A program made the position numbers and the translations under genes. A DNA stretch of 64,000 nt from Geosiphon pyriformis uo1 (taxonomy: Eukaryota > Fungi > Glomeromycota), in the NCBI GenBank assembly GCA_016748015.1, contig JAAOMT010000128.1, positions 1,061,538-1,125,537 on the forward strand. Direction: 5' to 3'. Under the pieces are notes generated by a model. The model ran no database searches. It saw nothing but the letters and a program-made list of their open reading frames with translations, and had not been told where the DNA came from. Below are positions 38,201-51,630 of this stretch, one piece after another. Each line of letters opens with the position of its first letter. Position 1 is the stretch's first letter.

Positions 38201-41200
38201 TTGAATGTGTTTTTAATAAGGTTTCTTCCCGGTTTCATAAACTGGAGCTACTTGTGTCTAAACTGGTGAAGGCTTCTCAGTTGGTTTCTGGTGGGGATTT
38301 TGCCTTATTGTTGAATACTTAGAACAGGTTAGATTCTGTGGGTGCTTCACCAGTGAATTCTCTGTTTCTTTCTGGCACTGGTTTTAATGCAGTCCATTCT
38401 GGGCTGGCTAAGACGAGGAAGTCTTACTGCTTTTCTAAGTTGTTGGAATCTAAGTGTGCTGAAGAATCTAGTGTAAGGCAGGCTATTGGGAAGAGAATGG
38501 AAAGTTTTGAGGTGGATAAGAGTTATACTATTAGGAGTGTTTTGGAGCATCCTTTTCGTAAAGTGGTGTTAGATTATTTGGTAGATGGTGAGAAGTTGGT
38601 CTTGGAGCCTGATTTGGTTAAGTCTAAGATGGATGAGATCATGGAAGATTAGACTAGGAAATGTGTGATGGCTTTTGATATCTCTGGTGATTGGGCAAGA
38701 CAATTTCGGTCTTTGGATCATGTCTTTGATAGTGCCTTCTCTAATGTGATGTATTCAATCAGTTTCGATGAGATGTTTGGTATTATTTCAAATTTGCCCA
38801 ATGGGAAAGTGGCTGGTCTTTCTGGTATCACTAATGAACTTTGAAAACACTATGACAAGTCAGTCTTGGATATGCTTTTGGTGCTCTTAAATTTTTGTTT
38901 GGTTTGTGAGTCTGCTTGGATCTTGGAGGAAAGCCTGGATCTTAATAATACCTAAACTTTATGAGTGGGAAGGAGTTCTTATGAATACCTGTCTCATTGC
39001 TTTGATTGAAACAGCTTGCAAGGTTCTTTCCAAGATTCTTTCAGATTAGATCTCTTTGGCTTGTAGCACTTTTGATGTCCTCTATGGGGACAATTTCTCT
39101 GTCCTGAAAAGTATGTTTACTCAATTACTTATCTTCGCTATTGGTTCGGTGATCAAGGATGCTTTGGAAAAGAACCAAGAGTTGTGGCTGGTTTTATAGG
39201 ATATGCACAAGATTTTGTTGGTTGAGAGCATCTCAAGAGAAGTTTGGTTAGGATCAAAATGTGTAACAAATTTATCAGATTTTTTGGTAGCATTCATAAT
39301 GGTCGCATTAACAGAGTAATGACAGATTTTGGTTTGACTGATAAATATCATGTTCACGATGGATTAGATCAAGGGGAGGTTTTTTTGCCATTTCTCTGGC
39401 ATATATTTTATGACTCACTTTTGTGTGAGGTTAAGAAACAGAAGAGCATTTGTGGTTACAGGTTGATTTTTCATTTCGTTTCTAAGACTGGCCAGGTGGA
39501 ATCTCAAGCTGGGCTAATGTTGTTTCTGGCCACTGGTGTATTTGTTAATGATACTATCTGGGTCAGTAGCAGCCAGGCTGCTACACAACACATCCTTAAT
39601 GTTGCTAGTAATTTCTTTTATTTAAATGACATTTCAATAAACAATAACAAGACTGTGGCCATTCCTATCAACTGTCAGGTCACTGCTCCTTGTCTGACTA
39701 TTAGTGGTATGCCAATTTCCATCACTAAAAGAGATAAATCTCATCATTATCTGGGAATTTTTTTGTCTTCTGAAGGTTTTTCGAAGCCTAGCTTGGTTAA
39801 GACACATTCGGATGTTCGGTTTTTCATCAATCTTGTTCTGAGAAAAGCTATTTCAGATAAACAGTTTGCTTATTTGGTGTCTTCGGTTCTCTTTCCTATC
39901 ATCAGCTACAGAACTCAGTTCAGTTTTATTCCTTTCAGTGTATGTAATAAGTGGGATGCTTTGATTCACAAAGGTCTGAAGTCCAAATTTGGGCTGCCTC
40001 TGAACTTTCCCAATGATGCACTTCATCATTCTTCCTTGTACAATTTAAAAACTTTTGAGCAGATTCAGGCTGAGAGCAAGTCAGCTTCAGTTATTGCTTT
40101 TGTGAATTTGGTTGGTGTTTTGGGTCGCTTGTTTTCTTATAGGTCTCACAATCTCCAGGTTCTCAGCTGGTGTCCTCGTTACCTTTTGTTGTTTTCTGTT
40201 CATGTTAGAGTCAGCCCTTCAAACAACTTTTTGGCAGATGTGGTTCGTATTTTTTCTGGGTGTGATTTGTCTTTGGATGATTCTCTGACTGGTGCTTTTT
40301 ATCTTCAGAGTGGTACTCCTATGTCTCTAGTTCTTGGCAAGACAATTTTCTTTAAATGTGTTTCTTCTCTTAGGCATTATGGTATTGCTTTCATAGAACA
40401 GCTGTGTGACCGAAATGGTGTTGTTTTTAATTGGAAAACTTTCAAGCATTGGAAAAAACTAGACCCCCGTGGCCCAGTCCCTTCCTGGTTTGATCTCTCT
40501 ATATGTTTTTTTGGTGGTGTAACTTCTCCTTCTAGGCATTCTTCTCATGAAAGTGTTTATGGCACTTCTGACATCTGTTAGTCTCTTGGTTTTGGTGTTG
40601 TTTGTAATGATCTGTTGAATGTTGGTGCTGTCCACCTATCTGTGTACACGGATGGATCTCTGAGTAACTTGGGCATTGTTGACATATTAGCTGAGACTGC
40701 AGTTTTCTTTGAGAACATTAATTCGGGTCTGGGTGTAGAGGTTTCTGGTTTGGTTTTTTCTACTTTGGTGGAGTTGCAAGCCATTGCTTTAGTTCTTGAG
40801 TGTGTTCCTTCTTTTCATTCAGTTGACTTGTTCTTGGACAGCCAGGTGGCCATAGATGCTTGCAGGTCGGAGTCTTTATCGGTTGGCACTGATTTCAGGA
40901 ATCATTGTTGGATTGAGTGTCATCAAATCACCAATGTCATTTGTCACAAAAATTTGGATGTCAATTGGATTAAGGTTAAGGGCCATTCGGGTGTTTCAGG
41001 CAATGAGCATGCTAATGTGCTGGCTAAGGATGCTGCACTTTCTGCCTGGCACCTGTCTTATTTGGTCAGTGAGAGGTTTTTGAAGACTGGTGTTGGTACA
41101 GTTTCTGGCAATTCGAGGCATTTTGTTCGTAACATATACAGGTCAATTCATTATGTGCACTGGGAGGTTGGTTCTGGTTCTTGGATTGTTCCAGGTTGTT

Positions 41201-42059
41201 TGTATGTTGATATTGACTGGTCGAGGTCTTCCCTAGTGTGGCACCTGAATTCCCACATGGCGACTGGTTCTACTAGTATTTGGACAGCTGGCTTTCATAT
41301 GTATTTCATGAAAGCCCTTTATTATTGCCTTTCTGTTGCTATGTGAAAGCGTCTGTATGATAGGGGTTATTTCAGTGTAGTTTGTTTGTTCTGTAGTGAG
41401 GTTGAAATCTCAAACCATATCTTTTCTTGCTCTTCTGATGCTAATAGTCACACCAGTTTGTTGGACAATTATGCAGTTGTCTGGGAGGTGCATTCTGGCC
41501 TGTCTCATTCTTTTTTGTGCATATCACAATTGTTGTCAACTTGCATTTCAGATGTGACTGTTAGTACAACCCTGTGTAAAGGCTTTGTTTTTGGCAATTG
41601 GTATTGCGAGTCTGTTTCTGTTTACAAGGATCCTAAGGTGGCAGTGGTTAATGTTATAAATTTTGTATGTGAATTCTGTCTTGTGTTTCATAATAATATC
41701 TGGCTGGTCTGTGCGAAACACCAGGTCATTATGGAGAAAAATAAGCTGATTTCACGTGATGATTCTATTTCTGTCGCTATTTCTGGTTTTTCTATGTGGC
41801 TTTCGGCTGGAGTAATTAGGTTGTTGGGTATTGCTGATGCACTTGGCATCAGTTTTGGGTATTGTAAGCATTGTTTGTTTTATGTAGGTGTTGGTGACAT
41901 GGCTTTCATTCATATAAGTGCGTAGTATTGTTCTGACTAGTCTGAGTGTTTGGTTATGTGTAGCAAAGGCATGATTTGTGCCTAGTTTAGATCATTTGTA
42001 TGATGTATAGCACTAGGTGGCATTTGGACTTCACTCGTTAAAAAAATAAAAATAAAAAA
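35225..42059 (+). mobile_element. Full-length but inactivated LINE (ORF1; ORF2 = APE endonuclease, RT, RNase H, Cys-rich end)
   Basis: ORF1 35359-37246. ORF2 37246-41925 with IATCNVCG, ILGGDFN, TIDYVF, DTDH, GLDQGE, FVNDT (eroded F-x-DD), VYTDGS, VKGHSG...NEHAN. Poly(A) at about 42040; TSD AAAGATATAA at 35215-35224 and 42060-42069. Confidence 0.92.
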
Positions 42060-43262
42060 AAAGATATAATTAATTATTTTTTTTGTTTTTTTAAAATTAT
42101 ATTAAATAAAAACTTTAGTCATAAAACAATCAACCAAAAAATTACATAGTTCTAATTCAAAATATTTTTAAAGCTAATATTACAATTAGTATTATTTTTA
42201 TTAAAATTGTTTCTTAAAATTACATAGATATTAAAATTTATTGTTTTAATAATAAAAAAATTAATTAAAATATTTATATATAAACCAAAAATTATAATTA
42301 AAAATTTGTTTTTAAATAGTAAATAAACTAAAAAAAGCTGACTTACAATTTTTAATATTACAAAAACATATTTAATTAAAGTATTATTTATAATAATTAT
42401 AATATTAATACTTAAAAAATTTAAATTTAAGATAAATATATATATTTTATTAACTTTTAACTTTGTTTTTATAATAATTAATATTATATTGTTTATATTT
42501 TTAATATTATATATCTTAATATTTTTTTTATTAATTTAACAAGTGAAGTCTAAACACTGCCTAGTGACAATACATCAAATTAATGATCTATACTAGATAT
42601 GAATCATGCTTTTTCTACATGTAACTAGCCATTCAAGCCAATCAAGACTATATTATACATCTACATACACAGAAACCAAATTACCTATACCTGAAAAAAA
42701 TCGATAGAAACTGCACAACCCAAAATTAATACCAAATGCATCATCAATACCAAACAACTTAATTACTTGGACCAAAAGTGTCGACATGCCACCAGACACT
42801 GAAACAGAAATCAAACCATTGTGAAGGATCAGACCATGTTTTTCTATAAAAGCATAATGCTTGGAGCAGACCAGCCAAATATCATTCCTAAAAAACAAGC
42901 ACAAACCATGAACAAACTCAACTATCTTATCAGATACAATCTTAGAGTTATCAAAACAGGAAGTGGCCTTCTGGTACCAATCCATAAGTATAAAACCTTT
43001 GCACAGCAAAGCAACCAATCCCAAATTAGCCAAACAGGTAGATAAAATTTGTGACACATAAGAAGAGGCATGAAGTAGACCAGAAATAGCTCTCCAAGCA
43101 AAAGCAAAATCAACAAACAATTAACTCTGAGCAGCCACATCAAATGTACAAGAAAAAACATAGTCCAACACTTCAATATTGTCACAATACAGGCATATTA
43201 CTATTACTTATAAAATATAGGAAGTATATTAGCATATAAATTAGCCAATCAGAAGTAGCTGT

Positions 43263-46200
43263 TGTTACAGATGATTATTTGGGGTCTCAATTCAAATAAC
43301 AAATTCATAACTTGGTGTTTAGTGACTAATCTAATAGATGATGGTGGTAATATTAGTATATTGTTTTTATCTGAAGGTTTTGTTGATCTGAAGGTTTTGG
43401 TTAAGTTCTTTGTATAATGGACAGAGATTTACTATGGTTGGTTTTGGTTGATTTCTCAAGTCATTTTCTCAATTTCTGTCTTCAGCGTGGTGGCCAGTTT
43501 AATTTAGCAGTCATGCCTTTCTGGTAAGCTATCTATTAATATATATAATTCTACTCTTATTTCTGGGTCTTTTACCAGGTTATTCTTGACGTTAATAACT
43601 CAGCACTTAACCCTCAATCAATTAGTAAAACAAAGAAATAAAAGAAAATAAAAGAAAATAAACAAAAGTAATTGCAAGTTAGTATCCTATTAATAGCCAT
43701 AATCAAGAGCTATTGTTCTAGCATGATTAAAGATCAATTATTATCAACATAAAGTGTTGATAGTGGAAAGTGAATTAAGATAATGAATAATTATTTATTA
43801 ATATTTGTGAATTTGGAAGATTGCTTAGATTTAAATTTAAACGGGGAGGTTTTTAACTAAAGAATTTTTTTTTTTTGTAATTTTAATAATTATGATTTGT
43901 GAGTTTAATTGATTCTATGAGTCTAATTGACTCTGTGAATCAATTAACTCTGAGTTCCATTGACTGATTTTTTAACTTCTGATACTATTACTATATATAT
44001 ATGTATTTGAGATTCCTCAATTTCTCAATTCTTCATGTCAGAAATTCTGAAATTCCTGGAATTCTGCAATTCCTTTGAGAAAAATTCTGGAATTTTGAAA
44101 TCTTGCAATTCCTCTTATGAGAATCCTGCAATTTTTGGAATCCTGCGATTCCTCTGAAAGGAATTCTGGAATTCCACATTTACTATGTCTACTTATAATT
44201 GGCTAATATGTTAATATACTTCTTATATTTTATAAGTAACATTATTCCCTCCTTTAATATTGAGCTCTTACGAAATCTTCTAAATCTCTCTTTTGTATCA
44301 ATGTTGTTGTGGTAATTTCTATTGCTATTTGTAAATCTAATTTTATATGTGATTGGGATTTTTAACTGTAGTGGTCTGTTCAAAATATTTATGTTCCAAT
44401 CTTGTATCTGTATTATGTGCATGTTCAGACATAATGTCCTCATTATTATCACTGAATTTAGTTAATTCCTGCTCTATTGTAAGATTTAAAAGTGTAATAT
44501 ATTGTTCAGTGTTTAAAATGGAGTTTGAATTGTTGTTGGTGGAGTTTAAATTGTCATTGTCCTTTAGCAAAGTTTGAATTGTTGTCATCATTAGTGGAGT
44601 TTGAATTGGGATTAAGTTCTAATTCCAATTCTTACTGATTGGCTTGTCTTCCTTAGAGTTTGAATATATGATGTGTGGAAGTAGATTGTAATTTGGGGCT
44701 GTCAGGTGAGTTTTGATGATTTGTTGATTGATTTTGGTACTGCTAATTCTCAAATTTTTTTTTCTTTTCTAAGTTTTTTTCGTATTGACACTTTCACAAT
44801 GCTAATTTTTGGCATAGAAAAAGGCAGTCTTCACATAGGTAAGTATGAATCTGGATAGTTTTTTTTGGAATTCTTCCACTGGGTCTTTAAATAATTAAAG
44901 TTTTAAATTTCTAGAAGTTTAATGAGTTTTATCTGAGGTAAGTTTTCTTGTCCAATAGTGGGATTGGACTTATTGGGTTTTGAATGTTCAGAGTTTTAAC
45001 TTTTAACAAGTTTTACTGAAGGTAAGTTTTTTTTTATACTAGCAGAGTTAGAATTTATCAGGTTTCAAATGTTTGGGTTTTGAACTATTGGGTCAGAGTT
45101 TTAATGAGTTTTATTAAAGGTAAGTTTCTTTATATGATAGCAGGGTTAGAATTATTGGGTTTTGAATAAATGAAGTTTTAATTTAACGAGTTTTTTTTTA
45201 TGAGTTTATCAATAGTAATTTTCGAATGTTCAGGTTTTAATGATTAGGTTTTGAATGATCAAAGTTTCAATTTAACAAGTTTTTTAAAGGTAATAGTAAA
45301 ATAAGAATTTTGCAAATCCTAAATGATTTTCTCTTGTTTTCTCTTGATCTGTCACTTTTGGATGAGGTTGTTGGTATTGGTTCTCTGTAAGATTATACCT
45401 CACAAGAAACACCAAATGTTATAGATGATTATTTGGGGTCTCAATTCAAATAACAAACCCATAACTTGGTGCTCAGTGACTAATCTGATGGATGATGGTA
45501 GTAATATTGGTATGTTGTCTTTATCGAAGGTTTTGTTGATCTGAAAGTTTTGGTTGAGTTTTTTGTATAATGGACAGAGATTCATTATGATTGGTTTTGG
45601 TTGATTTCTTAAGTCATTTTCCCAATTTCTGTCTTTAGCATAATGGCCGGTTTAATCTGACAGTCATGTCTTTCTAGTAAGTTATCCGTTAATATATATA
45701 ATTCTACTCTTATTTTTGGGTTTTTTACTAGGCTATCTTTGATGTCAATAACTCAGCACTTAACTCTCAATCAATTAGTAAAACAAAAAAATAAAAAAAA
45801 ATAAAAGAAAATAAACAAAAGCAATTACAAGTTAGTATCCCATTAATAGCCATAATCAAGAGCTATTGTTCTAGCATGATTAAAGATCAATTACTATCAA
45901 CATAAAATGTTGATAGTGAAGAGTGAATTGAGATAGTAAATAATTATTTATTAATATTTGTGAATTTGGAAGGTTGCTTAGATTTAAATCTAAATAAGAA
46001 GATTTTTAACTAAAAAATTCTTTTTTTTTGTAATTTTAATAATTATGATTTGTGAATTTAATTGATTCTATGAGTCTAATTGACTCTGTGAATCAATTAA
46101 CTCTGAGTTCCATTGACTGATTTTCTAACTTCTGATACTACTGCTATATATACATATTTGAGATTTCTCAATATCTCAATTCTTCATGTCAGGAATTCTA

Positions 46201-46375
46201 GAATTCCTAGAATTCTGCAATTCTTTTGAAAAAAATCCTGGAATTCTAGAATTCTGTGATTTCTCCTATGAGAATCCTGCAATTTTTCTAAAAAGAATCC
46301 TGAAATTCTATATTTACTACATCTACCTATGATTGGCTAATATGCTAATATACTTCCTATATTTTATGAGTAATA
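43263..46375 (-). mobile_element. Non-autonomous LTR element B (about 1.2 kb internal region) nested in the 5' LTR of element A
   Basis: LTRs 45417-46375 and 43263-44241; PBS at 45399-45416; PPT at 44242-44255; 4-bp TSD CTGT at 43259-43262 and 46376-46379; the internal region has only gag scraps and the start of the dUTPase region. Confidence 0.9.
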
Positions 46376-49300
46376 CTGTAGTAAATGTGGAATTCCAGGA
46401 TTTTTCTTAAGAGAAATTGCAGAATTCCAGGAATTTCAGAATTCTTGTACAAAGAATTGCAGGATTCCAGAATTTCAGGATTCCCCTCAAAAGAAATTGC
46501 AAGATTCCAGGAATTCTAGGATTTCTGGTGTAAAGAATTAAGGAATTGAGAAATCTCAATTATGTATATATAGTAATAGTATTAGAAGTAGAAAGGACAG
46601 ATCTTTCAAGTTTAGATTTGATTTAAGCAACTTTCTCTTCACAAATATCAATAAATAATTATTCACTATCTTAATCTACTCTTCACTATCAATACTTCAT
46701 GTTAATAGTAATTGATACTTAACCATACTGAAACAATAGCTCTTGATCATGGCTATTGACGAGATACTAATATTTATTGCCTTGGCTTATTTTATTGTTT
46801 ATTTTTCTTTTATTATTTTATTTTCTTTATTTTACTAATTGATTAAAGATTAAGCGCTGAGTTATTGACATTAAGAATAACCTGGTAAAAGACCCCAAAG
46901 GAAGGGTATAGAAATTGAAAGTTTAAAAATAGCTTACCAAAAGAGCATTTCTGCCAGATTACTGGCCACCATGCTGAAAAAAAAATTCGATGGAATTGCG
47001 ATTCCAGAAGACTACTGGAAAGACAACAATTGAATCTTTGTTTATTATACAAAGGACTCCAATTAAAACCTTCAGATAAAACAACACCTTCAGATATTAC
47101 CAACAACATTATAATCAATTGAGCATTAAGTTATGGTTTGTTATTTGATTTGAGATCCCAAATAATTAACTATAACATTTGGTGCTCTCTGTGAAGTATA
47201 ATTTTGCAAAAAACCAGCACCAATGACACCTATCCCAAAAGTGGCAAAATCAAAAAGAATAGAAGCAAACTATTTAGAATTTGCAAAATTTTTGTTTCAA
47301 CAGTACAGCCAACAATTAGGACTAAACAATAACCACTTCCCAGCAAAATCAGCCTTCAACTTCTATGTCAACAACAAAATCACAGACTGTTTAGGAAAAA
47401 CAGTTAACATTGAATCTGCAAGAGAAAATTTCTATACAGAATTATTCCAACATACCAGCTTACCAAGGAACTACAGTTTTGTGCCAATCATCAGGGAAAT
47501 AAACCAAGTTATTGAAAGATATACACAACAACAATTCTCAATCACATATGCAGACAAAGACAAGGAAAGATTGCAAACACCAGCAGTAACACCAAAACAA
47601 ATACAACCACCCACTTGGAAAAAAACCAGAGTTGAATTACCAACCAATCTATTATACTATTATATACCAAAAAGTACCATTAACATCTCATTAACAGGCA
47701 CGTCCACATTAAACATGACATCAATATTTGGGCAACTTCTCTTTCAAAGTAAACAAAAGAAAGCAGAATTACTAGAAACCTACAGCAATTATTTTGAAAG
47801 ATTTAAATCGCAATCGCCAATGCCATCAGGATTCTGATCACTGCCATCTCAACCAGATTTCAGAAACATAAGTCCTTGAGAGATAATAGAACCAGAGGAG
47901 AAAAAAGAAGAAGAAGCCAAAGATCAAGAATTTACTTATTAGAAACTGATTCTAAAAAACCTGAACATTAAAACCCTGAACTTTTAGACTCAGCAAGATC
48001 CAAATTTAAAAAATCCAGAAACTAAAACTCCGAACTTTCAAATTCCTCAAAATCCGAACAATACAAATCCCAAAATAATTAATCAGCAAAACCTACCTTC
48101 AGTACTCATTATCAATTAACCACCAATTAAACCAGTTATTGAACTGATTCAACAGCAGCCACTTTAACCATCTCAACAACCACAACAGCCACTTCAACAG
48201 CTGTAACAACAACTTTAACAACCAAACTTAGATCCAATGGCTTACACCCCAATAGCAAAACTTGAGAAATTCACAGGAGAAAAGGACAACACACAAGTGT
48301 GGCTAAATGATGTAAAAAAGGCCATTACAGCCAATGGATGGAATAACACCAGAGCACTCTAAGCCATCCTTTATTTCTTATAGAATACCGTTAACTTGTG
48401 GTATCAAAGTTTAGTTGCCAAACCTCAAACATTCCAAGAATTTAAAGTTGTATTCTTGAAATATTTTAGTAATAATAACAGTATTAATTGCCTGACCAAC
48501 ACCTTTACTACAATCAAACAAGGAGAAACAGAAGTAGTTACCATGTATTTAAGACACTTCCATAAAAATCTGTGCCAGATCTAAGCAATCAATGCCAATT
48601 ATTTCACAGCAGTCCAGATCCTAAACCAATTTATTCACGGATTATGCAGTAACATTCTGCAATGCATATGTCCAATGCATCCAGCCGATCTGCAAACTGC
48701 CATCACAAATGCCAGAGATTTTGAAGCAGCTGAATTAAAAGCTAACCATGCCCAAGCTGTAAATCTAATGATGAATAGATCATCTGAATTGGATTCCAAA
48801 TTGAAACAATTCAGTAATTCCATTAACCAAAAGCTTGAAGAGTACTTAGCTAACAATTGCGCAATTTATTAGCCACCTCAATGATGCAATAATTTAGGAA
48901 CTACAAATCATCCACAAAATCAGTCATGTCTTTTATTATTATCCAATCAGCCATGGCAGCAAGAAATGCATATTTGCTACTATTGTAGTAAACAAGATCA
49001 CTTATAGTTTGAATGCCATAAACGGCTAAATGAACAAAGATTAGGCTATTAGTATTGAAACTCTAATCACTGACTACAAACTCAGAATTACATTAGTAAT
49101 CAATCACCAGAACTGTATCAACCGACTTACCTACTTATAACACAACAAACTATTTATTATTACCACCAATACATCAGGCCAAGCATTGGGAGCAGTACTA
49201 TCACAGAAAAAACCAGACAAAAGAGAGCATCTAGTAGCTTATGCCAGTAGAAGCTTAAGTTCAGCTAAAAAAAACTATAGAACTTCAGCATTGGAACACT

Positions 49301-50991
49301 TAGCTATCTATTGGGCTGTCATTAAATGGAAAAAATACTTGAGTCAAAAATTTGATGTGTATACTGATTACAAAGAATTGACTTCAATTCAGAAACAAAA
49401 ATTTGGAGACGATCACTATGCCAGATAAAAAATAGAACTTTTATCATTTAATTATACAGTACATTATAAAAAAGGAAAAGAAAATGGAAATGTTGATGGA
49501 TTGTCATAAATGAGACAAATCTAAAAACATTTCAACCCAAAATATATCAAAAGATAAATATACAGAAATACCAACAACTCCAACATTATATAAATACCCA
49601 ATTGTTTAAGAAGAAATTATCTCAAAAGAAACAAAGAAACATAAAACAACAAGCAAAATATTTTATCAATCATCAAAATATACTTTATTAAAAGAACAAA
49701 AGAAATCCAGATCAACCAATTAGAGTAATCACAGAATCAGAAAAAGAGACAATATTATTTAACATGTACACAAATCCAACAGCAGAACATTTTCATAAAG
49801 AAGCAATCATAAAAAGAACCAGAAAAAGATATTATTGGCCATCAATATATCCAGATATCATTCAATATGTTCAAAATTGTGATGCTTGTCAAAGAAGAGA
49901 TGGGACAAAACCCAATAAACCATTGAGACCAATCAAAGTGGAACAACCATTTAACCATATTGGAATCAACTTAGTTGGACTATTAACAATCACCAGCAGA
50001 GGCAACAGATATATTGCAGTAGCCATAGATTATTTTATGAAATGGCCAGAAGCAAAAGCCATTCAAAGAGCAGATGCGGAATCCATTGTGGAATTTGTTT
50101 ATCAAAATTTAATCTGTCAACACAAATGTCCAAAAAAACTATTATTAGATTAAAAAACTTATTTTGTGAATAGAACATTGGCAGAATTAAGCCAAAGATT
50201 TGGAATAAAAAGACCATTATTATTACTATACCATCTACAAACAAATGAACTAGTTAAAAGATTTAACAAAATATTGTGTAAAACCATTACCAAAATCAGC
50301 CAAGAAAACCAGAATGAATAGGATTTGATTATATCATCAGTATTATTTGCTTATTAGACAATAAAGCAAGACACTATATAAGCAACACTATTTAAATTAG
50401 TTTATAGTAGAACAACAACACTGCCAGTTGAGATAGAAGTCAACACTTATCCAACAAAACCAATAATTGAGGACAATTTTTAGGAAACATTGCTAAGAAG
50501 AACATATGACTTAATGGAAACACTAGAAAATAAATGGCAAAGAGCAGCTGATAACATCCAAAAGTCACAAGAAAAACAAAAAGAAAGACATAATAACAAA
50601 CTACCAAATAAACCAGTTGAATTCAAGATTAGAGACAAAGTACTTTTACATTATACCAAAGTGAAAAAACAATGGAGTAGAAAATTTGATCCCAAATAAG
50701 ATGAACCATTTTACATTGAAGAAATTCTTGGAAATGGAGCTTATAAATTAAGATAGGACAACAAAATCTTAGCCAAAGCAGCACATAGTAATCGACTGAA
50801 ACTATATTACCATATAGTGTTACTATCCACCAATAATATTCCACAATTAAGAATACAAAAGATACTAGTCCAACCAGATAAGACTCTATGAGATCTGGAA
50901 CCAATCATAATCATTAGACCAAACACATAAAATTGAACAATAAAAAAAAATATATAAAGACATAATAGATGCAACAAAAAACTTCAGAAAA

Positions 50992-51630
50992 ATGGAAATC
51001 ACTGATAACATCCACTTATTAGCACAACAACTCTTCCAACTAATTCAACAACAGAATATGGAAATTACTATCAATCAACAAATTATTCGATACTGAGATA
51101 CCAGAAAGAGATCCAAATACAAAGGTTAAAAGAAACCAGAAAACACTATCGACAAAATGGTTTTGAAAACAAAATTATCAATAGAAAAACCAATAAGTAT
51201 CAACACATATCAAGAGTTAACCAAAGAAACTTGAAAATAATAGATACATGAATTTCCAAAAAACTTTTGTTATTTTCACTTGGGATGATACTTGAATATT
51301 CAGAACTTATACACGGATAAAACAAAACAATTATTCGACACAACAATACTGCAACAATTAAAACAATTTGTGAAAAAGAACAATTTAACAACACAAGCAA
51401 GAGCCATCTATTGATTGCATGCTGGATTCCAAAACAGACTGAAAATTCTACTTAATTCGAAAATGAACTCCATTACAGCTAACCAAATAGGAAAAATAAC
51501 CAACACCCAATTTGAAAAATTACAAAACAAAATAACTCAAGTAATTTTTAAAAAAGAAGTTCAAGAAATACTCCAAAATAAAGAATTAGAGTTAGAAGAT
51601 TTGGGAAATTTTGATGGAGCTCAATATTAA
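50992..51630 (+). pseudogene. Extra ORF3 of element A (frameshifted), homologue of 58772-59479
   Basis: MEITDNIHLLAQQLFQLI..ITIN; YFHLG; RAIY*LHAGF...ITANQIGKITNTQFEKLQNKITQVI. Confidence 0.75.

Noticed and set aside
44900-45300. Repeat-spacer-like array resembling CRISPR
   Set aside because: Degenerate coding-derived tandem repeats from gag inside LTR element B; no constant repeat with unique spacers.
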